Part shown: piece by piece, positions 58,477-64,000 of the stretch
Position numbering within the stretch: position 1 is the stretch's first letter
Layout: every line of letters starts with the position of its first letter
NCBI GenBank assembly: GCA_965243135.1
Contig: OZ251539.1
Coordinates: 1,536,001-1,600,000 of the forward strand
DNA length: 64,000 nt
Reading direction: 5' to 3'
Origin: Alphaproteobacteria bacterium
GTDB lineage: Bacteria; Pseudomonadota; Alphaproteobacteria; MPNO01; UBA830
Translations under genes and position numbers: made by a program
Notes under the pieces: model-generated
The model's input: only the letters and a program-made list of their open reading frames with translations
Told to the model about the DNA's origin: nothing
The model's database searches: none

Positions 58477-59318
58477 CAACGCTCGTCGCGTCGGCGAACG
58501 AGCCCTCTGTCGGCCGTATCAGATTGCTGACGCTCTTCGGCCTCGTCGCCGCATGGGAAGCGTTCGCGACCCTCGGCACCGTCGGCATTTTCTACGAGGA
58601 CGTGATCCCCCACATCTGGACGATCGCCATTGCGGTTGTCGAGGAGCTTGTCTCGGCAAGCTTCTACCGCGACCTCGGGATTACCTTCGCCGAGCATATC
58701 GTGGGTTTCGTCGTCGGCTCGCTGATCGCGATTTCTCTCGGCATCTGGATGGGGTCCAGCAAAATGCTGCGCGGCGCGCTGGAACCTTATCTCAACGCCA
58801 TCGGCTCGACGCCCAAGATCGTCTTCCTGCCGATCCTGTTCCTGATGTTCGGAACCGGCATCGAGTCCAAGATGGCGAAAGGCGCGTTGTCGGCCTTCTT
58901 CCCGGTGGTCTTCACGACGACTCTCGGCATGCTTCTGATCAATCCGGTGCTCATCCGCGTCGGCAGGAGCTTCAACCTCAACGCCTGGCAGATGATCGCC
59001 AAGATCTACATGCCCGCGATGCTGAACCCGATCATTACCGGATTGCGCCTCGGAGTGGCCATCACCGTGATCGGCGTGCTGGTCGCCGAGCTCAAGTTCG
59101 CCGACGGCGGACTGGGCTATCGCCTCGGCGTCTACTACGAACAGTTCAGCATCGCGCCGATGTACGCGATCATCCTGATCATTTTCGCGCTCGCCGCCGT
59201 CGCCAACTCCGGGATGACGGAGCTGCAGAACCGGGTGAACCGTCACGCCGCTCCGGCGTCGACGAAGCGCGGCAAGGCCTCCGCCGCCGGCGGGCTCGGC
59301 CTCGTCGCCACCAACTAG
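58458..59318 (+). CDS. ABC permease (NitT/TauT)
   Basis: TPKIVFLP, VGRSFN...KIYMPA, TGLRLG, VAE...GGLG. Confidence 0.9.
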   Translation: MAQTSLATLVASANEPSVGRIRLLTLFGLVAAWEAFATLGTVGIFYEDVIPHIWTIAIAVVEELVSASFYRDLGITFAEHIVGFVVGSLIAISLGIWMGSSKMLRGALEPYLNAIGSTPKIVFLPILFLMFGTGIESKMAKGALSAFFPVVFTTTLGMLLINPVLIRVGRSFNLNAWQMIAKIYMPAMLNPIITGLRLGVAITVIGVLVAELKFADGGLGYRLGVYYEQFSIAPMYAIILIIFALAAVANSGMTELQNRVNRHAAPASTKRGKASAAGGLGLVATN

Positions 59319-59331
59319 TCGGGAGAAACGC

Positions 59332-59700
59332 ATGGCAAGGGAACTCTTCGTCGCCAGCTCGGCCGACCTGCCGGACGGCGAACGCAAGATCGTGCCCAAC
59401 GGCAATTACGAGATTGGCGTCTACCGCGTCAACGGCGCCCTCTACGCCTACCGGAACGTATGCCCGCACCAGGGCGGGCCGGCCTGCGAGGGCCTCCTGA
59501 TGGCGAAGGTCGAGGAAGTCATCGCGGAGGACAAGACGTACCAGGGCATGAGATTCAATCACGACGAGATGCACATCGTCTGCCCTTGGCACGGCTGGGA
59601 GTTCGATCTCGCCACCGGAGACATGGTGGCGGACCGCAAGTTCCGGCTGAAGAGGCACGAGGTGGTCGAAAGGGACGACGCGATCTATGTCGTCGCCTGA
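59332..59700 (+). CDS. Rieske [2Fe-2S] ferredoxin with long inter-motif insert
   Basis: NVCPHQGGP ... IVCPWHGWEFD. Confidence 0.92.
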   Translation: MARELFVASSADLPDGERKIVPNGNYEIGVYRVNGALYAYRNVCPHQGGPACEGLLMAKVEEVIAEDKTYQGMRFNHDEMHIVCPWHGWEFDLATGDMVADRKFRLKRHEVVERDDAIYVVA

Positions 59701-60046
59701 GAGCCCCTCTCCGTTCCATGGCCGGGCGACGGCGCGCGTGGCGCAGGAAATCGGCAATCCGCTGGCCGATCCCGGCGAGGAGACCGGAAAGCTGAAGGAG
59801 CTCGCGCGGCGTATCGTCGACTTGCCGGACGGGGAGGCGCCGTCGCAGGAGATGATCGCCGAAGGACTGACCGCGCTCACCAAGCTCTACACGGTGCGTT
59901 ACCAGCAGGGCGAACGCTGGGAACCCTTCACGCACGGACGGACGATGCCCGTCACGTCGGCCATGATCATGACCACTGCGATGCTTCAGTCGGTCAATAT
60001 CGAGCTGTTCGAGCTCGGCATGTGGCAGGCCTGGTCGGGCGGCTGA
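59687..60046 (+). CDS. Small hypothetical protein between the Rieske ferredoxin and the amidohydrolase-fold gene
   Basis: Host-like codon usage; overlaps the Rieske stop; C-terminal VNIELFELGMWQAWSG. Confidence 0.75.
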   Translation: MSSPESPSPFHGRATARVAQEIGNPLADPGEETGKLKELARRIVDLPDGEAPSQEMIAEGLTALTKLYTVRYQQGERWEPFTHGRTMPVTSAMIMTTAMLQSVNIELFELGMWQAWSGG

Positions 60047-60076
60047 GGCCGCAGGCCGGCAGGGGAGGGAAGAGAA

Positions 60077-61321
60077 ATGGAAATACCCACCGATCACGTC
60101 AACAAGATGGCCATCGAGGAATTCGACACCTCGAAGCTCCTCGTCAATGCCGCGCGCCAGCGCGACCGGCGCAAGCTGGAGGACATCCTGATCGTCGACT
60201 GCGACTGCCATCACTACGAGAACGAATCCATCAAGGACATCGTCGAGTTCATCGAGGATCCGGTGCTCCGCCGCACGGGGCAGGTCTATACCAGCGCCGG
60301 CACGGGCGCCAACAGTCCGTTCATGATGGGCAGCCCCGGCGCCCAGGACGTAGCCGGCCGGGTCACGCGCTATCCGTTGCGCAAGATGGAGGTGACGCCC
60401 GACGACGACAGGCATCGCGACATCCATCTGTCGCTGCGCTGGATGGACGCCATGGGCGTCGATTACGCGATGGTGTTCCCGACGCCCATGCTGCTGCTGG
60501 GATTGCATCCGGTGCCGGAATACGAGGTCGCGATGTCGCGCGCCTACAACCGCTGGCTCACGGAAAAGATCCTGACCGAGGAAAAGCGCCTCAAGACCAT
60601 GATCTACCTGCCGTTCAACGATCCCGAGGCGGCATACAGGATGGTGCGGGATTTCGGCGATGCGGAAGGGGTCTGCGGCTTCATGGTCGTCTCCACCCGC
60701 TACAAGCCTGTCTACGACAACGCCTACGTCAAGACCTATTCGCTGATCGAGGAAATGGGCAAGCCGCTTGCGTTCCACGGCTCCTACAGCTGGAACGACC
60801 AGCTTCTCGGCAACACCAACCGGTTCCTCGTCACCCACGCGCTCGGCTTCACCATCTTCAACGCCGTCCATCTGTCGAACTGGATCGTCAACGGCCTGCC
60901 GGAACGCTTCCCGAAGTTGAACGTGATGTGGATCGAATCGGGCCTCGCCTGGGTGCCCTGGCTGATGCAGCGGCTCGACAACGAGTACCGCATGCGCTCG
61001 TCGGAAGCGCCGCTCCTCAAGCGGCTGCCGAGCGAATACATGCGCGAGATGTACTATTCCTCGCAGCCGATGGAGATGCCGCACGACCTCGACGTCCTCG
61101 AGATGACGTTCAGGATGATCAACGCGGAAACCCAGCTTTGCTGGGCCTCCGACTATCCTCATTGGGACATGGATCTTCCGAGCGTTATCTACGATCTGCC
61201 GTTCCTCGACGAAAGGCAGAAGCGCAACATTCTCGGCGAGAATTCCCGGCGGCTGTACAACATCGACGTAAGCGACAGATTCCCCGGCTACCGTTCGCCG
61301 GGGCAGGAAGAAGCCGGGTGA
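60077..61321 (+). CDS. Amidohydrolase-fold protein, possible dinuclear-metal oxygenase subunit
   Basis: IVDCDCHHYE, PLAFH, WIESG, ASDYPHWD; follows a Rieske ferredoxin. Confidence 0.85.
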   Translation: MEIPTDHVNKMAIEEFDTSKLLVNAARQRDRRKLEDILIVDCDCHHYENESIKDIVEFIEDPVLRRTGQVYTSAGTGANSPFMMGSPGAQDVAGRVTRYPLRKMEVTPDDDRHRDIHLSLRWMDAMGVDYAMVFPTPMLLLGLHPVPEYEVAMSRAYNRWLTEKILTEEKRLKTMIYLPFNDPEAAYRMVRDFGDAEGVCGFMVVSTRYKPVYDNAYVKTYSLIEEMGKPLAFHGSYSWNDQLLGNTNRFLVTHALGFTIFNAVHLSNWIVNGLPERFPKLNVMWIESGLAWVPWLMQRLDNEYRMRSSEAPLLKRLPSEYMREMYYSSQPMEMPHDLDVLEMTFRMINAETQLCWASDYPHWDMDLPSVIYDLPFLDERQKRNILGENSRRLYNIDVSDRFPGYRSPGQEEAG

Positions 61322-62460
61322 TCCGACCGCCGTTCCGCGTCGAGAACATCGGCAGCTTCGTCCGTCCGCAGGCGCTGCTCGAGGCGCGGGCGCGGCATGC
61401 CGACGGCCGGATCGGCGACGACGAGCTGCGCCGCGTCGAAGACGAGGAGATCGCTCGGATCGCCGCGTGGCAGCGCGAACGCGGCCTTCGTTCCATAACC
61501 GACGGAGAGTTCCGGCGCGGCAGCTACAGCGACGGCTTCGGCCGCAGCGCCTTCCCGGGGTTGGAATCGCTCCCCTCCGGGGATCCGCAGTGGCGCTACA
61601 CCAACGCCGCCGGCGAGGCCTCGCGCGCGAACGCCGCGGTCGTCAGGGAGAGGCTGATCTGGCGGGGGCCGGTGAATGCGGCGGATTTCGAATATCTGGC
61701 GTCCGTCGTCCCCGCGGATTGCGTCCCCAAGATGACGCTTCCCGGTCCATGCTACATCCATTTCAGGGCGGGGCGGGAGAACGTGGCCGAGAGCGCCTAT
61801 CCGGACCTCGACCTTTTCTGGAGCGACATCGTCGACGGTTACGCGAACGAACTCGCGGCGCTCCGCGACTCCGGGTGCCGCTACGTGCAGCTCGACGAGA
61901 CGTCGATCGCGAAATTCGCCGACAACCGCATCCGCGCGGCGCTCGCGGAACGCGGCGACCGTTGGGAGGATCTCCTCGAGATTTACACCGACGTCATCAA
62001 CGAAGTCGCGGCCCGCGCGCCGGCCGGGCTCGAGCTCGGACTGCATCTCTGCCGCGGCAACAAAGGCGGAGCGTGGCAGGCGGAGGGCGGTTACGAGCAC
62101 GTGGCGGCGAGCCTGTTCCGCAAGCTGGCGATCGGAGCTTACTATCTCGAATACGACTCGCCGCGCGCCGGCGGCTTCGAACCGCTTCGCGAAGTGCCGG
62201 ACGGAAAAATCGTCGTGCTGGGCCTCGTTTCCACCAAGGTTCGCGCTCCGGAGCGAATCGACGACCTCCGCCGCCGCGTGGAGGAAGCAGCGCGCTTCGT
62301 GCCGCTGGACCGCTTGGGCGTTTCGACCCAATGCGGCTTCGCCGGGGACGTCGCGGGCACCGGACTGGACGCCGCCGACCAGACGGCGAAAATCGACCTG
62401 CTATTTCGCTTCGCCAAAGAGATATGGGGCGAGGCGGCGACGGAACCGGTTCAGGCATGA
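61318..62460 (+). CDS. Cobalamin-independent methionine synthase II (core MetE-like) family protein
   Basis: IGSFVRP, ITDGEFRR, YVQLDE, Zn ligands HLCRGN / LEYD / TQCGF; GTGA-coupled. Confidence 0.88.
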   Translation: MIRPPFRVENIGSFVRPQALLEARARHADGRIGDDELRRVEDEEIARIAAWQRERGLRSITDGEFRRGSYSDGFGRSAFPGLESLPSGDPQWRYTNAAGEASRANAAVVRERLIWRGPVNAADFEYLASVVPADCVPKMTLPGPCYIHFRAGRENVAESAYPDLDLFWSDIVDGYANELAALRDSGCRYVQLDETSIAKFADNRIRAALAERGDRWEDLLEIYTDVINEVAARAPAGLELGLHLCRGNKGGAWQAEGGYEHVAASLFRKLAIGAYYLEYDSPRAGGFEPLREVPDGKIVVLGLVSTKVRAPERIDDLRRRVEEAARFVPLDRLGVSTQCGFAGDVAGTGLDAADQTAKIDLLFRFAKEIWGEAATEPVQA

Positions 62461-63773
62461 GCGCCCGGCTTCGGCAGGCCGTCTCCGCTTCGGAGGCCAC
62501 GCTGACGGAAGGGCTGGTCTCGCTCGTTCGGCGCAAGCCGATCGAACAGGCGGACTACGACGCTATGGCGCTCTTCGCTCTCGACGGCGTCGCCAACATG
62601 CTGGCGGGGAGGCGCACCGATCCCGGACGGAAGCTTCTCCGTTATCTGGCGGACCGGCCGGGGGACGCGGGCCGCCGCGCTTTGGTCATGGGCGGACTGA
62701 CGCATATTCTCGAGGTCGACGACTTGCATAAGGCGTCCGTGGTGCATCCCGGCTGCGTCACGATTCCCGCTGCGGCCGCGTTGTCGCGGGACGCTAAGCC
62801 GGGCGGCCGGGAGTTTCTCCGGGCCGTTCTCCACGGCTTCGAAGCGTGCGCCCGGGTCGGCATGTCGGTCGGCGGAACGCATTACAAGGTCTGGCACAAT
62901 ACGGGAACTTGCGGCACGTTCGGCGGCGCGATGACGGCGGCGGCGCTGCTCGACCTGACGGACGAACAGGCGGTTCACGCCCTCGGCAACGCCGGGACGC
63001 AGTCGGCCGGCCTTTGGGAATTCCTCAATACCGGAGCGATGAGCAAGCATCTGCATGCGGGCCGCGGCGCGGAGGCGGGCGTCGTCGCCGCGGAGCTCGC
63101 CCGGCTCGGCTTCACCGGGCCGCCCGCCGTGCTCGAAGGACCGCAGGGGCTGTATGCGGGGGCGTGTCCCGACGCCGACCCCGATGCCGTGCTTCGCGAT
63201 CCCGAGGCGCCTTGGCAGGTTCACGCCACCTCGATCAAGCCCTGGCCGTCTTGCCGCCATACGCACCCGCTTGTCGACGCCGCGCTGGAGCTTTCGCGCA
63301 AGGTCGATGCCGCCGCCGTCGAAAGCGTCGACGCCGCGATTTACCGGGCGTCGATCGACGTATGCGACAGACCTGCGCCGGACAGCGAATACGAAGCCAA
63401 GTTTTCGTTGCAGCACTGCGTCGCGATCTGTCTGCTCGACGGCGAGTGCGGATTCGAATCGTTCGATTCCGCCGCTCGCGAGCGCGCCGCCGGCCTGCGC
63501 GAGAGGATCTCGGTCCGCGCCGGCGCGACCTACGACGCCGCCTACCCGAAGAGCTGGGGAGGCGAGGTCACTGTCAGGCTGGCGAACGGCGGCGCGGTGA
63601 CGGCCGTCCGCTCGGCTTGCAGGGGCGATCCGGAGATGCCGCTCGACCGCGGGGAGATGATCGCGAAGGCGGATCGCCTCCTTTCGTTCGCCGGCGTCGA
63701 CGATCGGCCCCGGCTGATTGACGAGGTCTTGGGCATGGCTGCAGGACGCCCGGTCCCGGAAATCCCGTTGTGA
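62457..63773 (+). CDS. MmgE/PrpD family protein
   Basis: HILEVDDLH, VHPG, WHNTGTCG, SKHLHAG, KPWPSCRHTH, EAKFS. Confidence 0.92.
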   Translation: MSARLRQAVSASEATLTEGLVSLVRRKPIEQADYDAMALFALDGVANMLAGRRTDPGRKLLRYLADRPGDAGRRALVMGGLTHILEVDDLHKASVVHPGCVTIPAAAALSRDAKPGGREFLRAVLHGFEACARVGMSVGGTHYKVWHNTGTCGTFGGAMTAAALLDLTDEQAVHALGNAGTQSAGLWEFLNTGAMSKHLHAGRGAEAGVVAAELARLGFTGPPAVLEGPQGLYAGACPDADPDAVLRDPEAPWQVHATSIKPWPSCRHTHPLVDAALELSRKVDAAAVESVDAAIYRASIDVCDRPAPDSEYEAKFSLQHCVAICLLDGECGFESFDSAARERAAGLRERISVRAGATYDAAYPKSWGGEVTVRLANGGAVTAVRSACRGDPEMPLDRGEMIAKADRLLSFAGVDDRPRLIDEVLGMAAGRPVPEIPL

Positions 63774-64000
63774 ACGCGGGGAACCGCCGGGAGCTGGCCG
63801 CGAAGGCGGCGAGGCTCAAGGAGCTGATCGACGCGCCGGAACCGCTCGTTCTCGCCAACGTATGGGACGCGGGAAGCGCCCGGATCGTCGCTCGGGCCGG
63901 ATTCCCGGCGATCGCGACGTCGAGCGCCGGAGTGGCGTGGTCGATGGGATACGCCGACGGCGAGAACATTTCGCGCGGCGAAATGCTTTCCGTCGTGGCC
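63770..64000 (+). CDS. Isocitrate lyase/PEP mutase family protein, N-terminal part (runs off window)
   Basis: GTGA-coupled; LVLANVWDAGSARIV..AGF.AIATSSAGVA.SMGYADGE. Confidence 0.88.
   Translation, partial: MNAGNRRELAAKAARLKELIDAPEPLVLANVWDAGSARIVARAGFPAIATSSAGVAWSMGYADGENISRGEMLSVVA

Noticed and set aside
1-64000. CRISPR array, tRNA, rRNA, IS or integron
   Set aside because: No regularly spaced repeats, RNA-gene signatures, transposase or integrase recognised by eye; a covariance search could still find small RNAs.

Overview
High-GC bacterial DNA, probably an alphaproteobacterium (inference from gene content). Most of the window is catabolic and transport genes. These include a 6-hydroxynicotinate-reductase-like fragment and a frameshifted enamidase, moaA, a Mo-hydroxylase large subunit, two TRAP and two tripartite tricarboxylate transporter sets, a Rieske oxygenase, a CoA transferase, a citryl-CoA lyase-like gene, a sulfatase and three clustered UbiD-family genes. 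A long operon at the right end carries a hydroxy-acid oxidase, ThDP enzyme, ABC importer, Rieske ferredoxin, small protein, amidohydrolase-fold enzyme, MetE-like, PrpD-like and ICL-like genes. I recognised no transcription regulator, RNA gene, CRISPR array, integrase or transposase. Three things stand out. (1) Five copies of one AAA-ATPase/PD-(D/E)XK nuclease family occur: one intact, one frameshifted, one orphan 3' fragment and a near-identical pair with eroded catalytic motifs. The four full-length copies look like promoter+gene+trailer cassettes. (2) An A+T-richer island at about 47.5-52.7 kb holds a Hachiman-like nuclease+Ski2-helicase pair, coupled micro-ORFs and a second unclassified nuclease. 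(3) Two related amidohydrolase-fold genes have motifs and a Rieske neighbour that suggest dinuclear-metal oxygenases. All calls come from reading motifs by eye; no database search was run.
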